Shown here one piece after another: positions 12,485 through 25,000 of a stretch of DNA of 64,000 nt. Origin of the DNA: Raillietiella orientalis (lineage: Eukaryota); NCBI GenBank assembly GCA_036172245.1, contig JAYWIR010000007.1, forward strand, positions 3,596,001 through 3,660,000, read 5' to 3'. Positions within the stretch are counted from its first letter, which is position 1; each line of letters opens with the position of its first letter. The position numbers and the translations under genes are program-made. Below the pieces are notes generated by a model, which was not told the DNA's origin, made no database searches, and was given only the letters and a program-made list of their open reading frames with translations.

Positions 12485-12960
12485 CGGAGGAGTCTCGAGG
12501 ATGCATTGGGGTAGGGTGGGGGGGGAGGCCCTTTAACCCAGCATTTCTTCTGGGCTGCCCTGATTGCGCGGGTCAGAAACCTGAAGGCGGTCGCCTTCGG
12601 GACTCTGACCAAACCGCCGAAGAAAGGAAGGAGGCTGCATCCTTTCCCCTTTTCATTACGAGAAAAAAAGAAAAAGAAACCCAAGAAAGGAAAGTCTTCT
12701 CTCCGTCCTCCGGTTCCAGATGACCTGCTCACGGCGCTTCCCTTTAAGAAGAGCTTTGAACCTTCGAGGGAAACCTCCGTCGGGAAGAGCCCGCAAGCTG
12801 CTGTTCCGGGCCTAGGCGCTGGAGGCAGCGCTCATCTTTCCCCAGAGAGTCGGTCGAGAGGCCGGCGCGTGCTCCTTGGCGGGCCCTTCCGCTTCTCGGT
12901 CGGACGCCGCCCGTCGCGAGGCGTCCGTCCGAGTATCCTCGGAAGCGCGGCGAGGAGCGC

Positions 12961-12966
12961 TCAGTC
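12961..12966 (+). promoter_or_regulatory. Candidate Initiator (TCAGTC) for the phosphatase gene
   Basis: Fits the arthropod Inr consensus TCAKTY, 79 nt upstream of the signal-peptide ATG at 13040. No TATA box or clear DPE seen. Confidence 0.35.
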
Positions 12967-13039
12967 TGCCGGTGACTCGGAACGCGTGCCGCTGCTGCTC
13001 GTGCCGGCGGGTCGAAATCGCCGCTTCTCCGCCTTCGGG

Positions 13040-16000
13040 ATGGCGATCCCCGTTCTGCTCCTGGCTGCCGTGGTCCACGGTAAGTGTGGTGGTGGTGGAT
13101 GACTCCTTTGGAGCTCGAGGGAAAAATGGCCCTGCCTTGCGGCAGGAGCGCCTGCAGCTCCCTCTGCGAATTGTTTCTCCCTCCGGAACGGCTTTAAACG
13201 CTTCTAGACTCGAAGGGAGGGGGAAGAACGTTATTTTGGCGTCAACCTCTGGATCGTGGATGCTGGAGAGCTCCCAATTACCTCGGTTTCATTTGTTCTA
13301 TGCAATCACGGTTTCCTGATTTTTTTGTGTGTTTTCGTTTTCGACTTTCCCTTACGTCTGGGATGCAGAGTCCTACCGATCCTCCCAAACTTCCCCTGGA
13401 ATTGCACAGCTCTTCTCAATGTGCTGCCACAGTCACGTAAAAATGACTCCCTTTTTCGCCTTGTTGCGAGAGAGTCTCTTCCACCATTTTTTCTTGCTCA
13501 CTGTTGCAAGCTAAATGTTCTCGCGCCATTGCTTTGCTCTCCATTATTGCAAACCGGCTCTTCGTGCCTTTCCTTTGCGCTTTATTGTTGCGAACCAGTT
13601 TTTCGCGCCTTTTCTTTGCGCTTCATTGTTGCGAACCGGTTTTTCGCGCCTTTCCTTTGCTCTGCATTGTTGCGAACCGGTTTTTCGCGCCTTGTCTTTG
13701 CGCTTCATTGCTGCAAACCGGGTTTTCGCGCCATTGCTTTGCTCTGCATTGTTGCGAACCGGTTTTTCGCGCTTTCTCTTTGCGCTTCATTGTTGCGAAC
13801 CGGTTTTTCGCGCCTTTTCTTTGCGCTTCATTGTTGCGAACCGGTTTTTCGCGCCATTGCTTTGCTCTGCATTCTTGTGAACCGGTTTTTCGCGCCATTG
13901 CTTTGCTCTGCATTGTTGCGAACCGGTTTTTCGCGCCATTGCTTTGCTCTGCATTGTTGCGAACCGGTTTTTCGCGCCTTGTCTTTGCGCTTCATCGCTG
14001 CGAGCCCGTTTTTTTTCGCGCTTTTTTTCCCCTCTGTATTGTTGCAAACTGAGTGTCTTCGCCTTTTTCCACCTCATATCCGAGGAGCGTCGCTCTCGAG
14101 TTTCTCCCCGATCGCTGCTGCAATCATAGCGCCATTCAAATGTTTGCATTGTTTTTTTTTTTTTTTTTTGCTTTTAAACAGCTGCTTGTCTTAGAAGTTG
14201 TGATGCAGCGAGTATGCGCAAGCATCAAGACAATCACGTGACAAAAAGAAATTGAAAGGGATGCAGCTATGGAAAACTTCACACGGCATTGCAACAATTG
14301 TGTTAAAGCGATCGGCAAATGCTGAACGTTCATCAAAAACCGAGCGTAGGATCCTGCCTGGAGCCCGCAGACGTTGATCTATCGCTATTTACCCTTTGAG
14401 GCGTTCCTTCCTCCGGCACACGTGTCGAATGATACACCTAATCAGAGCTCTTGTTAGTTCCAGTTCTGCGGTGAAAATTTGAGGATAAATAGAATGGGAA
14501 AGAGGGTGGAAAAAAAATAAGAGGGACCCCTCATGGCGGAGTTCACAACAGCTTTTCCTTGCCTTCGGGTTCGCCCCTGTGTGTGCGGAACGGAATTCAT
14601 CCATTGGCACCTTTGAACCAGAACCCAACGTCGCTCCCTTGCGATGGACAATTTGTTTCCCTCGTGCAAGGAAAAAGAAACAACAGCAAACCAAACAACA
14701 ATAGCCCGGCGAGGGGACGGAAAACGTGGGATGGCATTTTATTGAAAAAAACAAAACAAAACAAAAAGGAAAAGAAAGAAAAAAGGAACGAGAGAGATCT
14801 CCAGGAGAAATTCTTTTTGCTCGCGGAAAACGAACGGCGTTTTGTGTCTGATCGATCACGCGATGCAAAGAAGAACCAAAGAGGCTCTCGGGAAAGAGGG
14901 GAACTCTTCGTCTCCACGGCGCTCGTACCTGGCGCATCGGGTTGTCCGCTTGCTTCGTGCCGACCGGGGGCTGTTCGGAACCACAATGAACGGCGCGCGC
15001 GCGCGCGCGCGCAGAAAGACCGCGCGCCTTTTGTGTTCTCCGGAGGCCGGGGATCGCCAGCGACAAAAAAGAGCGTATCAGTCCGGTGGCGGCGGAGGCG
15101 TCGCGAGTCTCCGGGCAGATCCACCACCACTGGAGGGCTGCTTCGGTTCGGAGACCGCGGCAAGCTGATTCCCGGCTTGCCCGTTCGGAGGCACTCCGGG
15201 GAACGGCTCCGGCAGGGAACCACGGAAGGGAAACTGAGGAACATCGGGAGCTCTACTGCGCATCCTGGAATGCGCGAGGGTTAGGGATCTTCGCCACAGT
15301 GCGAAAGACTCCGAGTAGGAAAGCCGGTAGGAAAGGAAAAAAACAAAAAAGCGACGCGAAGGATTTAACGCCCGCGCCAGAGCATCGATCTGGTCGGAGG
15401 GTTGATCTCTGCGGAGGGGGGAAGATTTCCGCAGTCGAGTGAGAACTGCGGTGCGCTCCCCCCTCCCCCGCCCTGTTTCCTGGCCAGTGCACGGTGCTGG
15501 GCGTTTTTCCCCCCGGCACACCTAATCATGTGGCAAGACTTGTAAGAGTTGGAGACGGACGCCGGAATTAGGGAAACAGGGGGCGGTGCTGCAGTGCACC
15601 CATGCGTGAGCCGTCTGGACCTCGGAGGCGGCCGTCACCCACGACCGGATCTTCGAGCAGCTTCACTTTTCTGGAGCTTCGATCAAGGTCGCGCTCCTTT
15701 AGGGGCGCCGGCGGTCGCCCACAGCCAGCATTCAGAGGGTTCGCCCTGTGTTGAAGGCTCCAGCCACGGGGACGCCGTTTAGGGACCGAAAGCGCATTGG
15801 GAAGCTCATCATCATCATCATCCTCACTGTTTTTCTTCTTCCTCCTTCCGCCATCCTGCTTAACTTTGCAGCTTGCATCATCACGAGATTTCTTTCTCCG
15901 TTCTTCTCTGCAGTGATCTCCGGGGGAGCTTTCCGAATCCAGGGCGAAGGCGCTGAATGAAATCCTTGGGCGTGCGCTTGGGAAACACCCAGACCGCTGA

Positions 16001-19000
16001 AAGAGGGGGAACGTTGCTGGGGGACAGGGCGGGCTGCGTCCTCCTCGCTCGCGAAGGCGTCACGTGCGCGCGCGGGGATCCCGTGCGACCAGTGCGAACC
16101 GTGAAGGAGGAGGAAGTGCGTACCCGGAGGAGAGATGGGAAAGACGGGAGGGGCGGTAGACTGCGGGCAGTTAATTGCCGAGTCGTAAACACGGGGATCG
16201 ATACCCCTGTCCCACTCTGCGTACCCGGATGGCAGCCCCGTCGCCATGGGGGAAAAACAACGCCGGTTCCGTGGCGTCAGCCCCGGTCGCGTCCACGTCT
16301 ACCGTTCCCGCTCTCCCCCCTTTACGATCGCTCCTCTGGGTAAAAAGAAGTCTTCCCGCTAGCGTGAAGCCCGCCGTTTGAGGAACCCCTCTGGGAAAAG
16401 AACAATCGCGGAACGGGAGGAGCGGAACGTGAGGGGGAGGAGGAGAAAGGAGGGAGTTGAAAGCGTGCCCGTCGCGTCCCTCCGCCAGCAGCAGCCCCCA
16501 GCGGCGCGCAACTCCTGCGCTCGGATGACCATCCCTGCGTCTACGTTCTCTTGCAGGTGTGCCGGCCTTTTCTTCCTCCGTCCAGCCCGTCCTCTTCGTC
16601 CAGGCCGGGAGCAACTTCTCGATCCCGTGCGCTGCCGCCGAGGAGATGGGCAAGGATGGGAAGGTCACGTCGGTGGAGTGGAGCTGCCTGGGGTGCGCCC
16701 CGCAAGGATCCAAGGAAGATCGCGTCCGCCTCCGCCTCCCCGTCCCCGTCAGGCTGATCGAGCGTAGGAGCAACGCCACGCGCCTCCTCCTCCACGGCGC
16801 CGGGAGACTGTCTCTCGGCGAGTCCTCCTTCCGGCTGCACTTCCAGCAGGCGCATCCCGGAGATGCGGGACTGTACTCCTGCGCGGCAAACAACGTCACG
16901 CCACCCTCGCGGGGAATCCGGGTGATCGTCCAAGGTGAGGAAGGGAGGGTTAGCGATGGCGACTTTGTCCTCCACCCTCTGCCCCCCTGCCCCGTGAACT
17001 CGAAGGCGCTCGCGAGGTGGCTTCGGAGCGCGCGGCCCTTCATGGGTCGTGCCCGAGGGGGAGGCAGCGGAGGGGGCAGAATCGGGAGGTCGGAGACCTG
17101 TCTGCCCCCCAACGCACGTGTGGAGGGTGCTGCTGCTCCGGAGCGTTCCCTCTGTCCCCGGCAAGACGCCCAGAACGGGACACGTGACATCTCTCGGGAT
17201 AAAATCTGGGTGGGGGCAAACTGACCCTGTCGGTCGGGCTTGCTCTCCGCGTCTCGGAGGTCATTCAGCGGGAGTGCCAGTTCCCCGGAAGCGCTTCCTG
17301 GTTTTCGAGAGCACGCGAAGCAGGGTGCTCTGGCTGACCGGTTCCACGGAGGCCTGCCGATCTCCCGAGGACAGACTTCACCCCTCCCGAAGGTCAGTTC
17401 CCAGAAGCGCCGTTCCCTCCTCGGCCCCTCGCCCCTTTCCTCGTTCCTCGCCTTCCTGAAAACGGGATACGCCTCCCTTTCTTCTCCCGCCACGGAACGA
17501 GTGTGATGAGCTTCCCTGCCGAGGTGAGAGAGGGAGGGCGCGGGGGGAACCGGGTCCCTGCCCACAGCTGTTGCGGCTTTCTTCTTATCCCTTCTCTTTC
17601 CTCGCTCTCGTCCAGAGCACCCCACCCACTCCAGTGATGACCACGTAAGTCGTGAGAGCGCGTCAGGTAGCAGAGGAATGCTCAGTCTAATTCTGCTTGC
17701 GGAGAAAGGGAGGAGGAAAGGGGAGGAGGAGGCGCGACCCGCTTCAAGGAGAGATCGGTTGGGGGTCCACAGGACGCAGCCCTCTTCCCCCGCTCTCCAC
17801 TTCTTTGCTCCGGGGGAATGGCGCGTCGACCTCCTTCCGACGGTGCTCACCCACCGCCCACTCTTCTGCGCGGGATCTCCTGGCCGGCCGGCCTAGCATC
17901 CCGGATTTTCCGGGATGCTCGGCCATCGCTGGAAGGGGGACCACTTCCCATACTCCAGTCGGGACCCCTCCCGGAAGAGGGTGGCTTCCAGCGCTGCCCG
18001 GGGCGGGAGGGGCAATGAAAGGCCTCCTGCTCGTCCGTGGGGCTGTCCGCCTCCCGCTTTCTCCGATCCCACGGGGCCGCATCCCTGTCTCCCCTCCCCT
18101 TATCTGCCGCCTCGATCGGCGTCTCGCACGTCTGCGAGTGACCACCTGCCGCCCACCGCCGCCGCAGCGAGGCCGCGGGTCGTGCGCGCGGTCCGCACGG
18201 CGCGACCGATCGCGCTCGCTCGTAAATCGCGCGCGCCAGTGAAAGAGAGGGATGGAGGGAGAGAAGGGGGGGGGAGAAGGGGAGGTCCTGCCGGCAGGTG
18301 AGACCGCGGCGATGGAAAGGGAGAAGGAGGGGGGGGAGCGGAGCAGGCTATGGGGCGGCGACAGCGTCGCACGGCAGATGTTTCTTCCCTCCTCCCGGGA
18401 TGGAATGTGACTGCCCGCGCGCGCGCGCGGGCGTCGGCGAGAATGCTGGGCGGAGGCGGCAGCGAGCGAGCGGGGAAGGGGGAGAGGGAGGCGGCGAAAG
18501 GAGCCCCTACTTCGCGCGACAGGGGAGGAAGGGAAGGGAAGGACGCCCCACCGCCGCCGCCTCCGGTTTCTCCTCCTCCTCCTCTCCTGGAGAAAAGACG
18601 GCGACAGCGACTCGTCCCTTTCTTCCTCCTTTCCTGCCCCCGGGCTGTGTTTTCGCGGAACTTCGCAATTTGTTACACGTTAAGCGACCGTGAAATTCTA
18701 TTGGCTGTGTGTTTTTTTCCCTTCCTCTCCCCTCTCCCGCTCTCCCCTGCCCGCTAATTAGGGCCGCAGGTGCCCGCATTCGCGTCTTGAGGTGCGTCCG
18801 CCCGACTCTGGCCGGGGATTTACGACCGAAGAGGCTGCTCGCACCCCGCGTGGCCCCCGCGAGGTTCATCCCCCCCCGGAACGAGGGAGGGAGCACACGC
18901 GCCTACGCCGTCGTCTCATCCCGCCGGAGCGATGGTGACTCCCTCGCCTCCACGAGCTGCTGCGGCGCCATCTACTGATCTCCAGGAAAGGAAGATGAAA

Positions 19001-22000
19001 CGTTTCAGGGACCCGCAGTGCGCGTCCCAGGGCAGCTTGAGGGTCCTGCTCCAGGAAAAGGGGGGACACCCCATCTTTTCCGGAAGGAGATTTTCCGCCC
19101 TGCTGCCGTGCCGAGTCGCCGCAGTCTTCCTGCAGAGCGCGAATCGGCGTCCGATGGCTTTCGAAGGACGCGCTGACCGGTGGTCCCTGATGTGGCACCG
19201 ACAGGCTCGTCCGAACGGGCTAGAAGAAGAAGTCACCAAGGAAACGAGGAGGGTATTCCGGGAGAGGAGATTCTACTCCGCTGAGGAGGCGGGACGGCGC
19301 TGAGAACTTTCGGGATGCTGGGAACCGATGGACCGCTTTCTTCCCTTCCCTGCCCTGCTGTCCTGTCTGGGCCTCCTTCGGGACACCATCCTGGTCCAGA
19401 TGGGCGAGAGTCGATGTTGCTCTCGTCAATGCTCGTAGCTGTGAGGCTCCGGGATCTTCCCGGGGCATCATGCGGGAGTCGTAGCTTTTCGACCGATCGA
19501 TCGGGGCGCCACCTCGAAGGAAGCGGACCGAAGGGGATCGCTCCCTCCAGATTCCGCCCTCTTCTCCTGCGGGGCCGTGGGCCGCTTCCCCAGAGGCAGG
19601 AGGCGCGCGACTCCTCGTCCGGAGGAGGGCTGTCTCAAGCCGTTATCCTGGCCGTCTCTTCCCCTGCGGTCTCCTCCGAGCTTCAGTGGGAGAAGAACGA
19701 AAAGGCGGCAGTGAGGCGGAGGAGGTAAGTCTGGACCAAGTTGGACTCGATCCATCGAGGCGCTTTGGCGGCGCTGGCGTGCGTCTCCGGGACGTTCCGC
19801 TAGTGCGCGCGGGCGCCCGCGACGGGGAAAGGGGAGGTGGCTGAAGCGGAAAGGGGGTAGGGAAGGGCAGCGCCTTTTTTGTCTTCTCGTTATCGATGCC
19901 GCCAGCTCCAAGGAAACGATTGCGTTGTTCCCCGAGACGGGAGCGACCCCGCGTTGGGATGCTCCTGGGAAACACCCGCCCGGAAAGGTCCGCCCTGCAG
20001 GCAGGCAGCAACAGCCAGGCCCGCCGCCTTGGAGACGGAGGGACGCTCAGGGCCGCAAATCCCGCGGGGAATTTTTCGGAGAAGGGGAAGCGAGCGCTTC
20101 CCCGATGCTGATCGATACTCGGAGGGCGAGGGGAGGGAGGAAGAAAGGAGAGAGGAGGGCAGAGAAGCCGGCTCTATCGTTCGCTGGCGGTGCATCCCTC
20201 CTCTTCCTCCTCGTCCCACTATGCCAAACGCCTCGTCGTGGAAATGCCTGGGGCGCCTCTTCTCCGGACGGAGCGAGCGGAACGCCCTTCCTTCCCGGTT
20301 CGCTTCCCCTCCCTTTTTTGTCGAGTCATCAAGCGACCGTGGGAGCCCTCGCCTTCCTTCCTGTCGCCGCTTCCGCCCCCTTCCTGAGACCTGGTCAGGA
20401 GAGGACGGCCTTCTCTCCGCTTTTTCCCTTTCCTTCCTTCTTGTTCTCAGGGGAATTTCCTTTTGGGGTCACCAGCACCCCGCCGCCAGAGGCCTCTGCT
20501 GGACGCGCGCTCCGTCCTGCACGGGCGGGCGCTTCCTGAAGCCGCCGCTATGAGGCCTAGGCAGAGGACTCATCGTCGCCAACCCCTCAGGAAGACTCTC
20601 GAACCCCTAAAGGCAGTAGCAGCTGCTCCCCCTGCGCCTTCGTTCTGCTCCCTCCCTACCCGCTCCGGTCATTCATCCGGCTGCGCCCGGGTACACGGTT
20701 CCCACGGTCAAGGTCGAGATCCTTCCTCCAGATCGGCGAGCGGGCGTCCTCTTGGGCATCTCCTCTCTGGGGCAGTCTAGGGGGGTGCTTTTACGAGGAG
20801 GAGGGGGGGGCGAGCGACTTCCGGTTCTCGGCACTTGCTGGCGAAGACGACGGGTGGGACCCCGTTTTAGCTGGCATCTTTCGTCCCCGTACCAGGAAGT
20901 CACTCTGGAGAGGAGAAGGGGGAGGGGAGCGCCCCCGGCATCCCTCAGGTTTCTCATCCTCCGGGAGGGATGCCGCGTCAACGGCATTGCAAGTCCCCCC
21001 GCATCGGGGAAGAGTCACCCATGGGAGGGACCGGTTCGACCGCCACCCTTCCGGGAGGTCGGGCCGAGGGGGAAGACGAGGCGGATCAGATCCTTCCGCC
21101 TCGAATCGAGGGGTGGGGTGGGGTTACAGAATGGCGCTATGCATCCAGAGAGGCCTTTCCCGTGAGGGGGAGGAGGAGCAGCAGTAGCCGGGAGGGCCGC
21201 GTCGCAATCCAGGAGTGGCCCCTACCGAGTGCACCTAGGCGGGCAACGAGGTGCATCTGGTAAGAGGGGAAGGCGGATCCCCTCTCAGGACACGGCAGGT
21301 CCTTTTGCAGGTGGCGGTGAGAGAGGGTACCGCTGCGGATCGTGACCTCTGAGAGCAGGCTGGGTGGGAGCGCGCCTGTGGGCCCAAAGTCCACTCGCTG
21401 CTGCATCCCTGATGCTCCCGGAGGCGACGCGAGTGGGTGAACGGCCTACGAGGGCGCACTCCTACGAGCGGGAGAGGCGGCGGCGGTGACGGAGGGGGCG
21501 GAGTCCGTGCCCCCACCTTCCCACTCCCGGCGAAAGAGCGGGGGAAGCGATTTGAACCGCGAGAGGCAGTCCACAGAAGAGGCTGCGGCCGGCGGCTCTC
21601 CATGGTGATCTCGGGGAAGTCGCCGGCTGCTCCGCGCCGCCCACAGCTGTACGGGTGGGGGAAGGAGGAGCAAGCCATTCCTCCGCGGGTCTGGAATTTC
21701 GACAGGGAGGGGGCGGACGGGAGGACGGAAAGCGGATCCTGGAATGCGGTCTCTCGGACAGGAATCTTTCAGGGGGCGAGCATGGCCTTTGACCTCGGAG
21801 CAGGGCCACTCGATGACGCTTCCCCGGGTCCGAAGAGCTCTTGGGGGCGCGACTAGGGGAAATCTCATACAGTCGGTTTCGCTTCCAAGATGCGACCGTC
21901 TCTAAGGGAACCTCCCTCCCTTCCCGGGGCTCGACGATCCCGCCCCGCCGCTGTTCCCTGCTAGCGAGGGGACGAACGCAGGGAGGAAGCCGTGCTCGCG

Positions 22001-25000
22001 AGGGCGGTCCGGACTGGCCTCTCTGTCGGCATTCTCCACGGGCAGAGCTCCCCCTCGCTACTGCGTTGCTTGCTCTCCCCCAGGCAACTCAGTAGCGTCC
22101 CTCCACTCTCCTTCCGTGGTCTCTACCCCTCCTCCTTCCCTCCCCGCCGGCATGGACCCTCTGACCTCTCACGGTACAAGAGATGGGGAGGAGTCGGGGA
22201 CATTCCCAGAGGGGAATGACGAGGATAGGCAGGGAGGATCCACGGCGAGCCATTCCGGACGCGATGAAGGAGGAAGCGGAGACCTCGGACCGTTTCTCCC
22301 TTTCTCCCTGTCCCTCGCACCTTCCTGACCTTCCTCCCCACCTGAGAAATGCTTTCTCTCTTGCAGATGTTCCTGATCCCCCAGGAAGACCCTTGGTCGT
22401 CAGCTTCACCTCCAGGAGCGCCAACTTGTCCTGGGCCCCCGGAAGAAACTCTGGAAACAGCCCCGTGACTCACTACGTCATCGGCGTTCGGTAATGTCCT
22501 TCCCCGTGCCCACCTCCCGTCACCCCTATGCCCCGGAGGACGGATTAGGGGTGTCTCGAAGAGGAGGAGATTGGGGGCGAAAGGGACTTCTCTCGAGGAC
22601 CAGCGGATCCGTGGGCTCGCCCTTACGGAGGAGAGTGATGCGCGGACCGAAGGGATGCGCACTCCTCCCCGATTTCTGGGGTGCGTGACGCGGTAGCCGG
22701 GAAGATGCTGAACCTCTGGTTGCGGAGCCGATGGAGCATCGCTCTTGGGGTAACAAGGGGCGAACGTGCCGGAGGGCTTACGGGGCAGGGTGCGCGCTCG
22801 CGCGCTTCTTTGCTGCCAGAACGACCCTTTCCACGCTTCTCTTTTTTTTCGGGATCGTTCCCGAGCACGCGGCTCCCCCTCTCCGAGGATGCACTGCCCC
22901 GCACCGTGAGGGTGACGGGGTGGGGAACGCCCTCCTCTGCACCGTCTGCACGGAGAAAAAGGTTCTGAGGGAAAAGGGCAGGAGTCCACTACTGGAACTT
23001 TGCTGGGGAGAGGATGAGGGCGGAGACGCCCTTGGGGTGCGCCCACTTCTCTTCAAGGATGCTAGGGGCGAGGAGAGGGGGAGCAGTTGCTCCAGACACC
23101 CCAGGACGGAGATACAGAGAAGAGTGGGGGGATATGGTAGACAACAAGAGAATCCGGGGACGGGAAGGGGAGGAAGCTTCTACTCCCCCCTTCTCCGTCT
23201 TCGTTCGCACCGGGTAGACCAGAGGCGTTTCCGAGTCCGCCCACTGGAGTCAGAGAGGAGATTGGAAGGAAGGGTGTCCCCCTCTCTCCACCTCCTGACA
23301 GAGGCGAACGTTCCGACGTTCTTGGTGGTTTTAGGGAAGGAGAGGATGGGAGCTGGGACCGGGAGCGCGAGGTCTCCGCGGAGACCAACGCAACCAGGTA
23401 CTCCGTCTCCGGGCTGCTGCCTTTCACCGTCTACAGCTTCCGACTCTTCTCCGTTAACGGGATCGGGAGGAGCCGCCCCAGCCCGGAGTCCTACTACATG
23501 ATCACCCTCAGGGAAGGTAAGGGATCCCGCTCGTCGCCTGCTTCTACCCACTGACCATTCCCGCTCCAGTCCCCAGCGGCAAGCCGACCATCGTCTACGC
23601 CAACAACGCCAGCTCCAGTGCCATCCGCCTGGAGTGGGAGGTGCCTCCCCCGGGGACCCTGCACGGGGAGTTTCTCGCCTACCGGATCACCTACCGTCCC
23701 CACGGCGAGGTGGACATTGTTGTCTCCTCAGCCGACGTCCCCGACTTCGAGACCACGGTGAGTTCTACCCAGGGTTCTTCTCCCCAGGAGGAAGCGGGGA
23801 AGGGGAAGGAGGAGGGATTGAGAGGAGAGAGAGACGGGAATGTGTCGTCGAGTAGGATCGAGCGCTCTCCCATCCGCCTGCTTTCCGCTCTCTACTGACT
23901 CCCCCAATTCAAGAAACCCGGATTCTCCAGGACGCGCTCTTTGACGGTGATGGGGGAGTGAAGGGTGAGGACCGATGCGAATTCACGACTATAGGGGGGG
24001 AGGGCAGCGACGCTATCTGGCGGGGTCATCTTGCTTTCCATATGCGCTGTCTGCCGACCAGACGAGATTTTGTTTTTTTCCTTTCTGGGACGAGCTCTGG
24101 GTGTCCTCGGGAAAAAATCTCGGAGTTGCCATCCGTTGCTAGGCAGCCGGTTCTCGTCGTTCCCATTTCCCATTCAGGCTCCTGAGAGAAGAGGCCCGGA
24201 AAACAGAGACAGGAGGGTCGCGTCGGGTGCCCCTGCTGGGTGCAGCCGGATCCCCGAGGAAGTAGGATGCTGAGACTCGTGGATCTCTCTCTCCCTCATC
24301 CTCCTTGGAGGCTGCCTCCGCATGTCCATGCAGCTGTTCTCAGGGCTGGTTCTAACCTCGCCTCAGGCTGGTTGCGCAGGTGCTGAGAGTTCCGCCTCCT
24401 AGGTGTCTTCACTGGGGGAGAAGTTAGAGATCGCAGCATCCGAGGAAGCTTCGTCTTTCCTCAGAAATCCGCGTGGGCCGCCGTATATTTTCCCGCAGCC
24501 TCCTCCTTCCCGTGGATCTTTTCCCCTGAGGAGGCAAGGCGCTCCCTTGACTCCTTCTCTCCCTCCCGACCTCGGATGACCCTTGCTCTTGTCTTCCCGC
24601 AGAGCTACACCCTGGAGGGACTCCGCACGTTCACCCATTACTGGATATCGCTGCAGGTCCTCAACCCAGAGGGCCTTGGACCCGCGGAGGTGGTGGTCGT
24701 GGATACCGATGAAGGAGGTGAGTGCCGCAGCCCGCAATTCGTAGGACGAAGGTGGTTGCTCTGGGCAACTCACCCCTGGGCAGCCGCTCGCTCTCCTGCG
24801 CGCCTCGGCTTTCCCGCCTCAACGCATGTGCCTCCGCGCGGAGGCAATTCGTGCCGAAGGATCGACGACGAATCCGGGAGTGCATCGAGAAAACTGGCAG
24901 CAGCAGGGGACTTGGGGACGACCGCAAGCCGCGGACGGGAGACTGCCTCGCTAATCAGCGAGGAGATCCACCCTCCCTCCCCCCTTCTCTTGCTTTCCTC

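Noticed and set aside
13490..14075. CRISPR-like array, or repeat protein ORFs (312, 182 and 121 aa)
   Set aside because: Units are contiguous with no unique spacers, there are no cas genes, and the context is eukaryotic. The ORFs arise because a 41-bp stop-free unit cycles through all three frames.
16171..17850. 559-aa minus-strand ORF and other long GC-rich ORFs (e.g. 37792-38958, 38186-39361, 39902-40909)
   Set aside because: R/P/G/S-rich translations with no domain motifs; they are antisense shadows of real exons or products of stop-poor GC-rich DNA.
19600..19730. Strong donor GAG|GTAAGT in phosphatase intron 2 as an extra coding exon
   Set aside because: The frame compatible with exon 3 has a TGA at 19712 just before the donor, and there is no clear acceptor.
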